A stretch of 63,810 nt of DNA, the filler included, from Octopus bimaculoides (Eukaryota), in NCBI RefSeq assembly GCF_001194135.2. It is 6 parts of 6 records of this genome, joined end to end, with 100 filler letters (N's around TTAATTAATTAA, not from the genome) between each part and the next. Parts side by side here need not be neighbours in the genome. Positions count along the whole stretch, not along the records: positions 1 to 8,789 come from NC_069007.1; positions 8,890 to 16,983 come from NW_026307425.1; 4 more parts are not named here. One strand, 5' to 3'. Below the pieces are notes generated by a model. The model saw only the letters and a program-made list of their open reading frames with translations. It searched no databases and had not been told where the DNA came from. Position numbers and translations under genes: made by a program. Below, piece after piece: positions 1-12,239 of the stretch (the stretch's first letter is position 1; each line of letters starts with the position of its first letter).

Positions 1-104
1 ATATATATATATATATACTCATAAGTATTTATATATACACACACATGCAAAGATGTAAATGCTAATTTGTGTGTGAGTGTGTGAATATATTTATAATTAT
101 GTAT

Positions 105-576
105 ATTGCTTGTTTCAGGCAGTAGACAGCGGCCATGCTGGAGCATCACCATAAAGAATATTCATAGAATAGACATAGAATAGACATAGAACACCTGACA
201 TCAGAGCCACTAATTGTGTAGGCTTATACCAATATCTTCTATATAAGTGTTATACCAATGTCTTGTATGTATACGAGGGACAGCATTCACGACTTGAATC
301 AAGATTAAAGCTTTTCTTAACTTCTCACTGTTTTCGAAAGGGCAACCATTTTCACCCATACATATATATGTGTGCGTGTGTATGTGTGAATGTATGTGCG
401 TCTGTGTGTATGTGTGTGCGACCCGAATACTTATATTTTCTAAAGGCTGGTATTTATTTTATCGTGTTCCTTTCCCAAAGCTCGAAATTAGGAGGACGTA
501 AGCACACCAATCCCGGCTCTGAAGCGGTTCTGGGGACAAACACCGGCACAGACACACACATGTACACACATACATG
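105..576 (-). mobile_element. Old diverged SINE family A copy, split by an inverted insertion at 182-420
   Basis: 105-181 matches the family A 3' tail (ttgtttcagg..gcggccatgctggagca). 421-576 continues the consensus (acttat..tatttattttatcg..cacacca..ggggacaaacac) as seen in the intact copy at 46760-47165. Confidence 0.7.
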
Positions 577-815
577 CGCACACACATACACACAGACGCA
601 CATACATTCACACATACACACGCACACATATATATGTATGGGTGAAAATGGTTGCCCTTTCGAAAACAGTGAGAAGTTAAGAAAAGCTTTAATCTTGATT
701 CAAGTCGTGAATGCTGTCCCTCGTATACATACAAGACATTGGTATAACACTTATATAGAAGATATTGGTATAAGCCTACACAATTAGTGGCTCTGATGTC
801 AGGTGTTCTATGTCT
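182..815. repeat. Perfect 239-bp inverted repeat (arms 182-420 and 577-815, 156-bp spacer)
   Basis: The arms read as exact reverse complements by eye, including an irregular (TG)-type microsatellite. No gap inside. Confidence 0.95.
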
Positions 816-891
816 GGTATTCCTGCCTACTAGTGTACCTACAGGGTTCCTGGAACTACCGGTTGGTTTCCATCTCCCTAGTTAATTTATT

Positions 892-972
892 GTGTATGTG
901 CGTGTCACGTGTGTGTGTGCGTGTGCGTGTGTGTGTGTATGAGTGGTTGTATGTGTGTGTGAGTGTGTGAGT

Positions 973-1025
<53 letters not shown>

Positions 1026-1030
1026 GGTGT
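892..1030. repeat. (GT)n/(GAGT)n microsatellite, representative of dozens of (TA)n, (CA)n, (TATG)n and (GA)n tracts across the window
   Basis: Direct reading. Confidence 0.95.
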
Positions 1031-1127
1031 GTGGGTGCTTACTCATACGCCGACACGTACACATAAAACTAGGTATGTATGCTTTATGTATATTATTTTA
1101 TACTTTGGAATTTAAAGGTACCAAAAC

Positions 1128-1262
1128 TGCGGTTCGGCAAAATACACCTATAGACTAAGTACTAGGCTTACAAAGAATAAGTCCTGGGGTCGATGTCCTC
1201 CACTAAAGGTGGTGCTCCAGTATGGTCACAGTAAAATGACTGAAACAAATAAAAGAGTAAAC
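1128..1262 (+). mobile_element. SINE family A, 3' half
   Basis: gcggttcggcaaa..taagtactaggcttacaaagaataagtcctggggtcgat..ggtggtgctccag..atgactgaaacaaataaaaga. Confidence 0.85.
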
Positions 1263-1319
1263 GAGTATGCATACTTATATATATGAGTGTTTGTGTGTGA
1301 GTGTGTATGTATATCAATG

Positions 1320-1600
1320 TCTTTTGTCGAACTGCTTGGTTATAGGGACGGAAACGCAATGATACCGCTTGTCAAGCGGTGATGAAGGATCAAACAAAGA
1401 TGCAGACACACACACATAGATACATGCTTATATACATGTGTGTGTGTGTGTGTATGTGTGTTTGTGTGCACCTGGCCGATTGTGTGTATGTATATATACG
1501 ACCGGCTTCTTTCTACCAAATCCACTCTCAAGGATTTTGATCGGCCCGTCGTGCGCAAGTTGCCACGCAAGGGGACTGAGCTTAGAGCCATGTGTTAACC
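1320..1600 (-). mobile_element. SINE family A, diverged central and 5' part
   Basis: gcttgtcaagcggtg, internal CA/TG tract, ggcttctttc..taccaaatccactc..ggcccg..ggactga. Confidence 0.7.
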
Positions 1601-1802
1601 CTCTCCATGTCTACCATTAAAAAAGTTCACAATGTAGATTAACATGCCGAGGGCTAAACGACAACAGGCTCAATAACAACAACAACAACAACCACAACAA
1701 GCACAACAAAATCACTGACTCACTATTTTTTATGACGGATATATCTCTGCTAATCTCTCCTTTCCTGTTCATTCTATTTTTTCTGTATATATATGCATGT
1801 AG

Positions 1803-1945
1803 GTGTGTTCGATATAGCGGGTATAGAAAAGCCGTCAACCATGTCTGTAGACATAGATCGAACCGAAAGATTTCCGCTAAGTGCAGGAAAGGTGCAGGGG
1901 TTAGTAGCAATCAAGATGAAAGTTGATAATTTAAATGCATCATAA
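1803..1945 (+). CDS. Possible exon of an unidentified gene: (G)VFDIAGIEKPSTMSVDIDRTERFPLSAGKVQGLVAIKMKVDNLNAS*
   Basis: Pyrimidine-rich tract then TAG at 1800-1802. Balanced-composition sequence with no recognised repeat, open for 46 codons. No family recognised. Confidence 0.25.
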
Positions 1946-2491
1946 AATATTCTGGGAATATATTTTTTTGTCTTCAATCAATATATATTTTTTTTCATTT
2001 AGGTGCGGATGGACATGTGAGTGTATGCACTTATGTGTGTGAAATTATGTGTGTGAAATTGTGTGTATGTGTCTGTGTGTGTCCATAATTATATATATAT
2101 GAGTATCTATGTTTCTGCGTGTGTGTGTGTGTCTGAGTGCGTATATCTTTTTTATATATATGTGTGAGGAGATATCTTTAGAGAATTAGAGAGATAAATG
2201 CATAGAAATCTATACACATACATATGAGTTAGTGGGTGCGTGCACGCAAGCGAACGCGTGTATATATGTATGTATGTGTGTGCATGTGTGCATATGTGCG
2301 TTCTTTTACGTGTGGGTTTGTATGTGCATGCATGTCAGTGTGTAATTATATTCGTGTGTTGTTTCATTACGTTTTTTTTCTCTCGCTAATATCTGCTGTT
2401 GGTGATCTGAAAAAAGAAAATTTTCCATACATTATTCCATCACATCTGCTTTTTTTTTTACTCGGAATTACAGTATAAATAACATATGAAC

Positions 2492-2529
<38 letters not shown>

Positions 2530-3258
2530 NNNNNNNNNNNNNNNNNNNNNNNNNNNNNNNNNNNNNNNNNNNNNNNNNNNNNNNNNNNNNNNNNNNNNNN
2601 NNNNNNNNNNNNNNNNNNNNNNNNNNNNNNNNNNNNNNNNNNNNNNNNNNNNNNNNNNNNNNNNNNNNNNNNNNNNNNNNNNNNNNNNNNNNNNNNNNNN
2701 NNNNNNNNNNNNNNNNNNNNNNNNNNNNNNNNNNNNNNNNNNNNNNNNNNNNNNNNNNNNNNNNNNNNNNNNNNNNNNNNNNNNNNNNNNNNNNNNNNNN
2801 NNNNNNNNNNNNNNNNNNNNNNNNNNNNNNNNNNNNNNNNNNNNNNNNNNNNNNNNNNNNNNNNNNNNNNNNNNNNNNNNNNNNNNNNNNNNNNNNNNNN
2901 NNNNNNNNNNNNNNNNNNNNNNNNNNNNNNNNNNNNNNNNNNNNNNNNNNNNNNNNNNNNNNNNNNNNNNNNNNNNNNNNNNNNNNNNNNNNNNNNNNNN
3001 NNNNNNNNNNNNNNNNNNNNNNNNNNNNNNNNNNNNNNNNNNNNNNNNNNNNNNNNNNNNNNNNNNNNNNNNNNNNNNNNNNNNNNNNNNNNNNNNNNNN
3101 NNNNNNNNNNNNNNNNNNNNNNNNNNNNNNNNNNNNNNNNNNNNNNNNNNNNNNNNNNNNNNNNNNNNNNNNNNNNNNNNNNNNNNNNNNNNNNNNNNNN
3201 NNNNNNNNNNNNNNNNNNNNNNNNTATATATATATATATATGTACGTATGTATATATA

Positions 3259-3294
<36 letters not shown>

Positions 3295-3639
3295 TGTATG
3301 TATGTATGTACGTATGTATGTATTGGTATCAATGTGTACTTCGTGCTGCCCGCATACATGAGTGTTTACGTTTGTAGGAATTATAGATATCAAAAAGTAC
3401 GTTTTGACTCTTCTAACTGAAATATTCATACACTGCGTACTCTATGATTAATTAGAAATTAATCGGGGACTATGACTACAGCCTGCTTTCGAGATTCCGG
3501 AACTAATTGAAAGCAGAGTATATCGAATATAAAACATATATGCATATATTTAGAGGTTGATAACCTCTTGCTACAGTAAATTGCTTATTGTTCCTCACGG
3601 TGTCGAATGTACCATGCACAATTTCATGAAACAATAAAT

Positions 3640-3811
3640 AGGCGCAGGAGTGGTTGTGTGGTGAGTAGTTTGCTTACGAACCACATGGTTCCGAGTTCAA
3701 TCCCACTGCGTGGCATCTTGGGCAAATGTCTTCTACTATAGCCTCGGGCCGACCAAAGCCTTGTTTGTGGATTTGGTAGACGGAAACTGAAAGAAGCCCG
3801 TCGTATATATG

Positions 3812-3842
<31 letters not shown>

Positions 3843-4050
3843 TTGTGTGTATGTATTTCCCCCCAACATCGTTTGACAACCGATGCTGGTGTGTTTACGT
3901 CCCCGTAACTTAGCGGTTCGGCAAAAGAGACCGATAAGATAAGTACTAGGCTTACAAAGAATAAGTCCTGGGGTCGATTTGCTCGACTAAAAAGGTGGTG
4001 CTCCAGCATGGCTGCAGTCAAATGACTGAAACAAGTAAAAAGAGAAAAAA
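3640..4050 (+). mobile_element. Full-length tRNA-derived SINE, family A
   Basis: Head with A-box (TGGTTGTGTGG) and B-box (GAGTTCAATCCC), CORE-like CTTGGGCAA segment, internal (TA)n(TG)n tract, 3' stem-loop CAGTC-AAAT-GACTG and A-rich tail. Confidence 0.92.
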
Positions 4051-4061
4051 GAAAAGAATTA

Positions 4062-4148
<87 letters not shown>

Positions 4149-4391
4149 ATGTATTCATATGATTCAATATACAGAATTCTCAAAAGACTATTAAATAGCT
4201 TTATGCAGTAGCGATATAATTTACGAGATTTATATAACAAAATACGTATATCCAAGCAACCTTTTGGGCGTTCAATGCATACCGTTAAACCTGTTTGTAA
4301 ACTAGGACGCTGGACTATGAGAAAACATCAGAAAAACCAATAAGAAAAGAGAGAGAGATACCTACATATGTATGTACTTATATATATACAC

Positions 4392-4750
4392 CAATGCCAG
4401 AACGGGACGGCACTGCATAGTGCCAAAGATCCCAGCAATGCCATCGCGCTTCAGGACCAGTTACTGCAACAGCTTGGGATTCAGGGGCCCACAGCTTTTT
4501 AATATTCTCCCAAAGAGCCTGAGGAATCTGCACAAAGTAGATGTAGGAGTTTTTAAATCAAAGCTGGACCTCTTCCTATCGAGAGTCCCAGATGAACCTA
4601 CCTCGCGGCAGGAGGTGCAAATGAGAGTTGCTAAATCAAACTCCATTCTTCACCAAGTGCCACATATTGTAAGAGGCTCCCTGTAATAACAGTGTAGCAA
4701 CACGGTGGTACATCAGCATGGCCGCAGCTCTGAGCTGAAATTTGAAAAGA
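4392..4750 (+). mobile_element. 3' end of a CR1/L2-group non-LTR retrotransposon
   Basis: RTGRHCIVPKIP..NSLGFRGPQLFNILPKSLRN..FKSKLDLFLSRVPDEP is a typical post-RT C-terminus. Same family as 58130-59700. Confidence 0.85.
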
Positions 4751-4855
4751 ATATATAAGATACAGAAATAATTTTTTTTTATTCTCAAATGCATGATAAT
4801 GCTAATAAATAGCGTGATCAGGATAAATTATCCATACATTGCAGAAAAATACGTT

Positions 4856-4931
4856 ACCGGCCAGCGATGAGACTCGAACTCACATCCTTGTGATTACGCG
4901 TCACGTGCTTTACCCTTAAGCTAAACTATCC
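4856..4931 (-). pseudogene. tRNA-Thr(CGT)-like sequence with a broken acceptor stem (pseudo-tRNA or repeat head)
   Basis: On the minus strand: D-stem GCTT/AAGC, anticodon arm GTGA-CGCGTAA-TCAC, T-arm GTGAG-TTCGAGT-CTCAT. The acceptor strands do not pair, position 33 is G, and TTTTT lies just downstream. Confidence 0.6.
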
Positions 4932-5029
4932 AGTAACGAATTCTTCTGCAATTTCAGAACTTAGCTAAATTTATAAGTTCTAAAATGTTCTAAAATCGGG
5001 TTCTAAAATGAATGACACATGATGTTGTA

Positions 5030-5470
5030 CCTAGGACACTGTATAATGAGACCCATCGGAAGGATAACACCGAGGACGAAGAAATAAGAACCTACTGTGT
5101 GGTAGAAGCCGGCACCACTCATTATAGAAAGGATTACTGGTAGAATGTCCCAGTGAAAACCTCAGAAAATATAAGCACAACAGTCAGGATATAATGATTT
5201 GGAATAGAGAAAAGAAACTGAACAATTGTGGAAATCAACTGCCCAGTGGATGTTTACACACAGCTGAACTATTGAGAAATCAGCAGTTACACTAGACTTC
5301 AAGTTCAGGATCATTAATATTGGGGTATTGGGATATGTACAAACTGCCGGTAATCCAATATGTATTAATCCCAGTAAAGATCAAAAGAAACAAATATCAT
5401 CTACAATGGCGAAAGAAATCCCATATCATGTGATTTCATTGTGCTTCCGGTCAATGCATGCCAGTCTCTT
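5030..5470 (+). mobile_element. Decayed restriction-like endonuclease (REL) region of an R2/R4/NeSL-type LINE
   Basis: Frameshifted peptide pieces YW*NVPVKTS..KHNS.DIMIWNREK..TIVEINCPVD and IINIGVLGYV. Confidence 0.6.
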
Positions 5471-5967
5471 CTCCTCTATCTGGCTGAATGTTTTATAGTC
5501 CTCTATTGCGTTTTTGTTCCATATATATATGCATACAGAAAAGTAATACAAGGTATATCAAACAATTCTTGGTCAAAACGCCGTTGGCTAAAACCTATAA
5601 ATATATTCAAAAATATTTTTAAAGGTAGAAACAAACTATTTAATTATGTAAATAAATAACTGGGTGATAATTTAAATGGGGGATTAAACAAATGGAAAGC
5701 AAAGCAAAAGAAGCGAACATAGAACAAGATGCTTTAGATTTTCATTCAACTTCAGATTATACTTTGCAAAATTGTCCAATAAGTGCTAACAAAATATTCA
5801 AAGATAGAGAGGGAAGCGGGGAAAGAGAGAGCAAGGAAGAGGCGACTGAGTGAAGAAAGAAGAGAGGTGTAATAATTAGAAGAAGTCGTAAACTATGGAA
5901 ACAATGGGTATGGTCATGAATTTATGTGTACACATGTTTGTGTGTATTGTTGTTTGTATGTTATATG

Positions 5968-6002
<35 letters not shown>

Positions 6003-8096
6003 ATATATATATATATATGCATACACACATATATATAGATAGAAAGTTAGAGAGCATAGAGAGATAGGGGGCTATTCAAATATATATNNNNNNNNNNNNN
6101 NNNNNNNNNNNNNNNNNNNNNNNNNNNNNNNNNNNNNNNNNNNNNNNNNNNNNNNNNNNNNNNNNNNNNNNNNNNNNNNNNNNNNNNNNNNNNNNNNNNN
6201 NNNNNNNNNNNNNNNNNNNNNNNNNNNNNNNNNNNNNNNNNNNNNNNNNNNNNNNNNNNNNNNNNNNNNNNNNNNNNNNNNNNNNNNNNNNNNNNNNNNN
6301 NNNNNNNNNNNNNNNNNNNNNNNNNNNNNNNNNNNNNNNNNNNNNNNNNNNNNNNNNNNNNNNNNNNNNNNNNNNNNNNNNNNNNNNNNNNNNNNNNNNN
6401 NNNNNNNNNNNNNNNNNNNNNNNNNNNNNNNNNNNNNNNNNNNNNNNNNNNNNNNNNNNNNNNNNNNNNNNNNNNNNNNNNNNNNNNNNNNNNNNNNNNN
6501 NNNNNNNNNNNNNNNNNNNNNNNNNNNNNNNNNNNNNNNNNNNNNNNNNNNNNNNNNNNNNNNNNNNNNNNNNNNNNNNNNNNNNNNNNNNNNNNNNNNN
6601 NNNNNNNNATATATACATACATATATATAATTAGACATCTATATATAGGTATACGCAAATATGCCATTATATATATGTATATACACATATATATATATAT
6701 ATAAAAAACAAATAACTCCTGTATCTATATATCAACGATGTTGATATGCCGTATATCACATGCCTACACAACCGACCACAAGCAAGTAACACCACTATTT
6801 TGCGACAGGTTTTTTTATTAGATGGAGGTAAAATCGTATTAGGACGAGCTTTAGTTGTCTGGCAATTTTTGTGTATATTTCTGTGTGTGAGGGTATGAGG
6901 GTGTGAGTGTATATATGTGTGCGGTTTGTGAGTGTGTATATATTTCGTCTGGAACGTTATGTCCGCTGATTTTTGTAGCTATATGCATTAGTGATTATTA
7001 CTGTACGTAGTTATATATTTTGGTATACGAATTAATATGCATAGTTATAATTTATTATACCGCATTTATGGCATCTACCTATATATCTAAAAGGATATAT
7101 ATGTATGTATGTGTGTATGTATGGATGGATGGATGNNNNNNNNNNNNNNNNNNNNNNNNNNNNNNNNNNNNNNNNNNNNNNNNNNNNNNNNNNNNNNNNN
7201 NNNNNNNNNNNNNNNNNNNNNNNNNNNNNNNNNNNNNNNNNNNNNNNNNNNNNNNNNNNNNNNNNNNNNNNNNNNNNNNNNNNNNNNNNNNNNNNNNNNN
7301 NNNNNNNNNNNNNNNNNNNNNNNNNNNNNNNNNNNNNNNNNNNNNNNNNNNNNNNNNNNNNNNNNNNNNNNNNNNNNNNNNNNNNNNNNNNNNNNNNNNN
7401 NNNNNNNNNNNNNNNNNNNNNNNNNNNNNNNNNNNNNNNNNNNNNNNNNNNNNNNNNNNNNNNNNNNNNNNNNNNNNNNNNNNNNNNNNNNNNNNNNNNN
7501 NNNNNNNNNNNNNNNNNNNNNNNNNNNNNNNNNNNNNNNNNNNNNNNNNNNNNNNNNNNNNNNNNNNNNNNNNNNNNNNNNNNNNNNNNNNNNNNNNNNN
7601 NNNNNNNNNNNNNNNNNNNNNNNNNNNNNNNNNNNNNNNNNNNNNNNNNNNNNNNNNNNNNNNNNNNNNNNNNNNNNNNNNNNNNNNNNNNNNNNNNNNN
7701 NNNNNNNNNNNNNNNNNNNNNNNNNNNNNNNNNNNNNNNNNNNNNNNNNNNNNNNNNNNNNNNNNNNNNNNNNNNNNNNNNNNNNNNNNNNNNNNNNNNN
7801 NNNNNNNNNNNNNNNNNNNNNNNNNNNNNNNNNNNNNNNNNNNNNNNNNNNNNNNNNNNNNNNNNNNNNNNNNNNNNNNNNNNNNNNNNNNNNNNNNNNN
7901 NNNNNNNNNNNNNNNNNNNNNNNNNNNNNNNNNNNNNNNNATACACATATATATATGTATGTATGTGTGTATGTATGGATGGATGGATGTATGTATGTGT
8001 ATACGTATGTATGTGCAATATATATTTATGAGTGTATATGTGTCTGAAGACAGTCAGGTAGATGACACAGATTCACTCAAACAGGCAGATAAATAG

Positions 8097-8140
8097 ACTG
8101 GTAGATAGATAGATAGATGGATAGATAGATAGATAGATAT

Positions 8141-8203
<63 letters not shown>
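8097..8203. repeat. (GATA)n microsatellite
   Basis: Direct reading. Confidence 0.95.
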
Positions 8204-8204
<1 letters not shown>

Positions 8205-8833
8205 CTGATGCGTTTGTATATGCTGTGGTATCATCTACTTTGTAATATTAAAAGTCTTAGAAGAGAGCATGAAAGAATGATCGAAATGCAGCTTCATGTG
8301 TTATATAACGCACAAATTTGATACAACATACATACACATTTTCATGCATGTTTCGGCACGTACATATATATAGGTATGCGCGAGTGTGGGTATCTATTTA
8401 TTTATGTACGTGTACATTTATACTTAATATAAATGAAGATATATATATATAAGTGTATTTATATTCGCGTCCATTCCCAAATTCATTAATATAAATTATA
8501 AATATATATATATACATATATATGTATATATGTCGCCTTACACACACGGTAAACGATTATACATATACACTCATTCGGATGCATATACCTGCATGTGTAT
8601 ATTTATAAACATACATACTGTGGTGTAACTACGTTTATAGATAAATATATAGATACTGATAGATATATAGACAGATAAAAAGATAGATAGCTAGATAGAC
8701 AAATATACAGATGTATATACACACACACTGATATATATATATATATATATGTATTTATATCAATATATATATATATATATATATATATANNNNNNNNNNN
8801 NNNNNNNNNNNNNNNNNNNNNNNNNNNNNNNNN

Positions 8834-8845
8834 TTAATTAATTAA
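8834..8845. other. Assembly pad TTAATTAATTAA inside a fixed N block (also 17028, 27248, 48364, 59745)
   Basis: An identical 12-mer centred in about 44 N on each side at five places. It gives stops in all six frames. Confidence 0.92.
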
Positions 8846-9161
8846 NNNNNNNNNNNNNNNNNNNNNNNNNNNNNNNNNNNNNNNNNNNNCTAGTTACTAT
8901 ATACACCAGCTACTTACTTTATACACCAGCTAGTTAACATATACACCTGCTAGTTACTATATACATCAACTAGTTACTATATATACCTCGTATCATTGCT
9001 ACATACATCTCTTTGTTACTCTTTACATGAGCTAGTTGCCATATACACCAAGTAGTTACTATATACATCTCTTAGTTACTATATACATCTCCTAGTTACC
9101 ATATGCACCTCCTAGTTACTATATACACCAGTTAGTTACTGTATACATTTTCTAATTACTA

Positions 9162-10360
9162 TCAGGTCATTAAGAATGAAATGTCCGATTTTCTTATGCA
9201 CCAAGTTTGACAGTTGTTAGCTCTAATGTTTTATCCTGACAATTCTTTGTTTTATGGCATTGAAGAGTTAAATCATCATTTTTTAAAATACAATTCATGT
9301 TGTCTGATTACTTTTCTCTTGTAACTTAATTTTTGTGAACACATGGATAGATCAAAAATTCACGTTGTTTATGAATATGAGTTCCATTGTGGAACCAGTG
9401 CATCCCAGACAACTCAAAACATCAATGAGGTGTTCGTTGAAGATTGTGGTGAATGAGTGGACTGTACATCGATGGTTTGAGAAGTTCCTGTCTGGTGACC
9501 TGAAACCAAGGTGGATAATGATGAGCTGGAAACGGTCATGGAAACATGAGCTAGCAGCAAGGTTTGATGTTTCGATTCCAACTGTATTGGACCATCTGAA
9601 ACAAATCAGCAAGGTAAAGAAGCTGAACAAGTGGGTACCACATGAACTGAATGAGCATCAAAGGACACGTCATCATGAAATTTGTTGTTCTTTGTTGTCA
9701 TGGCATAAAAACAAACCGTTTTTGCATCATATTGTTATGTGTGTTGAAAAATGGATTCTTTTGAACAATAGCAAGTGTTTGGCACTGTGGTTGGATAGAG
9801 ACGAAGTGCCAAAACACAATCCAAAAAGGAATATTCACCAAAAAAACTAATGGTATCTGTTTGGTAGTCTAGTGCTGGCGTCACCCACTACAGCTTCATG
9901 AGACCTGGTAAGTCAATTACAGTTGATGTATACATGACCAATTGGATGAAATGATGAGTGAACTTGTAATTAAACAACTGAGATTGGTCAATAGAAGCAG
10001 GCCAATTATTTTGCAAGACAATGCTTGACCACATGTTGTACAAAGAATGCTATTCAAGTTACAAGAATTGAACTTGGAAGTACTCTGTCATCCACCATAT
10101 TCACCAGACCTTGCACCAACTGACTATCACATCTTCCAGGCATTAGACAACTTTTTGTAAGGAAAAAACTTCAAATCTAAAGAAGATGCAAAAACAGCCA
10201 TTCGTGATTTCATCACTTCTTGCTCTCCAGAATTCTTCACTGCTGGCATAAATAAGCTACAAGTAAAATGGCAAAATTGTGTTGGTAATTTAGGTGCCTA
10301 TTTTGATTAACTGCATTGCTTTGTATTGAGATAAAGTAAAATAAACTTTCAGTTTAAAAT
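9162..10360 (+). mobile_element. Mariner DNA transposon with a pseudogenised transposase (about 9343-10310)
   Basis: Left TIR TCAGGTCATTAAGAATGAAATGTCCGATTTT after TA. N-terminal MDRSKIHVVYEYEF, signature motifs WVPHEL and HPPYSPDLAPTDYH, LQDNA, end KWQNCV..YFD*. Frameshifts and stops present; no right TIR adjacent. Confidence 0.95.
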
Positions 10361-10854
10361 ACACCTGCTAGTTACTATATACACCTGCTAGTTACCATAT
10401 GCACCTGCTAGTTACTATATGCACCAGCTAGTTACTATATATACCTTCTAGTTACCATATACACCAGCTAGTTACTATATACACCTGGTAGTTACTGTAT
10501 ACACCTGCTAGTTACAATATCCACCTACTTGTTACTATATACACTATCTATTTACCATATACACCTGCTAGTTACCATATATACCTGCCAGTTTTCTATA
10601 TACACCTGGTAGTTACCATATACACCAGCTAGTTTCCATAAATACCTGCTAGTTACAATATACAGCAGCTAGTTACTATATACATCTTTAAATATTATAT
10701 ACACCAGCTAGTTTTCATATACACTATCTAGTTAACATATATACCTGTTAGTTACTAAATAAACATGCTAGTTACCATATGCACATGTTAGTTATTATAT
10801 ACACCTTCTAGTTACCATATGCACCTGCTAGTCACTATATACTCCAGTTCGTTA

Positions 10855-11540
10855 TGTAACAGTATTGTTATTCATTGTAGTTGAGGGTTGCCAATTTGTA
10901 ACTGGTGTTGATGTTGCAGGTGTACAAGATGAAAGAAGAACAGTGATCGAAGTTGTATGCAAATATTTATTACCATTACTTTGTATATAGCCAAAACTAT
11001 GACAGGCTGGTATGTATAATTTGTAATGCATGTGAGAAATATTGTAGATTTTTCTTGTACAAGTGTGTTTGTGTTCTCATCATTGTGTAGTAGTAAACCA
11101 CAGACAGAGATAGGGTAATGTTGTAGAGAAGAGAAAGTAAGCTAGTGAAAGTGAGAGTGGTGGGACGAGACAACTGCTTCGTTGGTGAGTTACCATAATT
11201 GTTTCTCTGTGCCTTTTTGTTCAGAGACAGCGGTTCATTTAGCCAGTCAACCAGACTTGGTTCTCACTAACTGACTTTGGCTTGCGGAGTTCTTGTATCT
11301 GTAACTATACAAAACTATTGCAGAGAACAATAGATTTCATTGGAGGTCGACTGTTATCTCAATTCAGACTTTTCATGGCCTAGAAGAGGTTAGGATGGTC
11401 AAGTGGCAAAGATATAAAATCGGCTTGGTAAAGTCATATGTTAAACGTAACCATTGTTTTTCTGTGAGAAAAACACTGTTGAAATATTATGGGAAATTTG
11501 CTGATTCAAGTTCGAACCTATTCTATGCCTAACTGAAGTT
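10855..11540 (+). mobile_element. Solo-LTR-like repeat (starts TGTAAC), related to 18442-18900
   Basis: Shares blocks (tttattaccattac; agagatag..agaga..agctagtga..gtgggacg) with the 18.4-kb copy. Inserted in the minisatellite. Confidence 0.4.
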
Positions 11541-11542
11541 AC

Positions 11543-11755
11543 TATTAGGTTGTTCGGAAAATAATGGCTAATTTTAAAAACAAGCCAATATTCTTGAAAC
11601 ACTGATACTAAGCATATGAGACATATCTCTGACACTTTATCGTGGGTTTTGTCCGAATATTGTTTTCAAATACTGATCATCAAGGATGGATGCATGTCCT
11701 CTACCTTCTTCATCTTTCAAACCCCTGTCATACAGCCTGAATCTAGTGGACCCTA
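11543..11755 (+). mobile_element. Non-autonomous mariner-like fragment
   Basis: TA + TTAGGTTGTTCGGAAAATAATGG is a mariner-type end. The body is clearly homologous to 12240-12480. Confidence 0.65.
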
Positions 11756-12239
11756 ATTACTATATACACCAGCTTATACAGCAGCTTGTTACTGTATACA
11801 CTTTCCAGTTACTATATACACCTGTTAGTTACCATATGCACCTGTTAGTTACTATATAACCACATAGTTATTATATACACCTTCTAGTTATCATATACAC
11901 CAGCTAGATACTCATACACCTGGTTGTTACTATATATACCTGCTAGTTACCATATGTATCCTCCTACTAGTTACTATATACACCAGCTAGTTATGATATA
12001 CACCTGCTAGTTATCACATACTCCTTGTTGTTAGCATATGCACCTGCTAGTTACTATGTACACCAGGTAGTTAACATATATACCAGCTAGTTACCATACA
12101 CACCTTCTTGTTACTATATGCATCTTCTAGGTGCTACTTACACCAGCTAGTTACCATATACCCTCTTGCTAGTTACTATAAACACCTTGTAGTTATTATA
12201 TGCACCTGCTACTTACTATATCCACCAGCTAGTTACTAT

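Noticed and set aside
8834-8845. Recurrent TTAATTAATTAA motif (five sites)
   Set aside because: It always sits centred in a fixed-size N block, so it is an assembly spacer and not biological.
9335-9850. Active transposase or domesticated SETMAR-like gene
   Set aside because: It has frameshifts and stops, the first catalytic Asp is altered (MCVEKW) and there is no SET domain.
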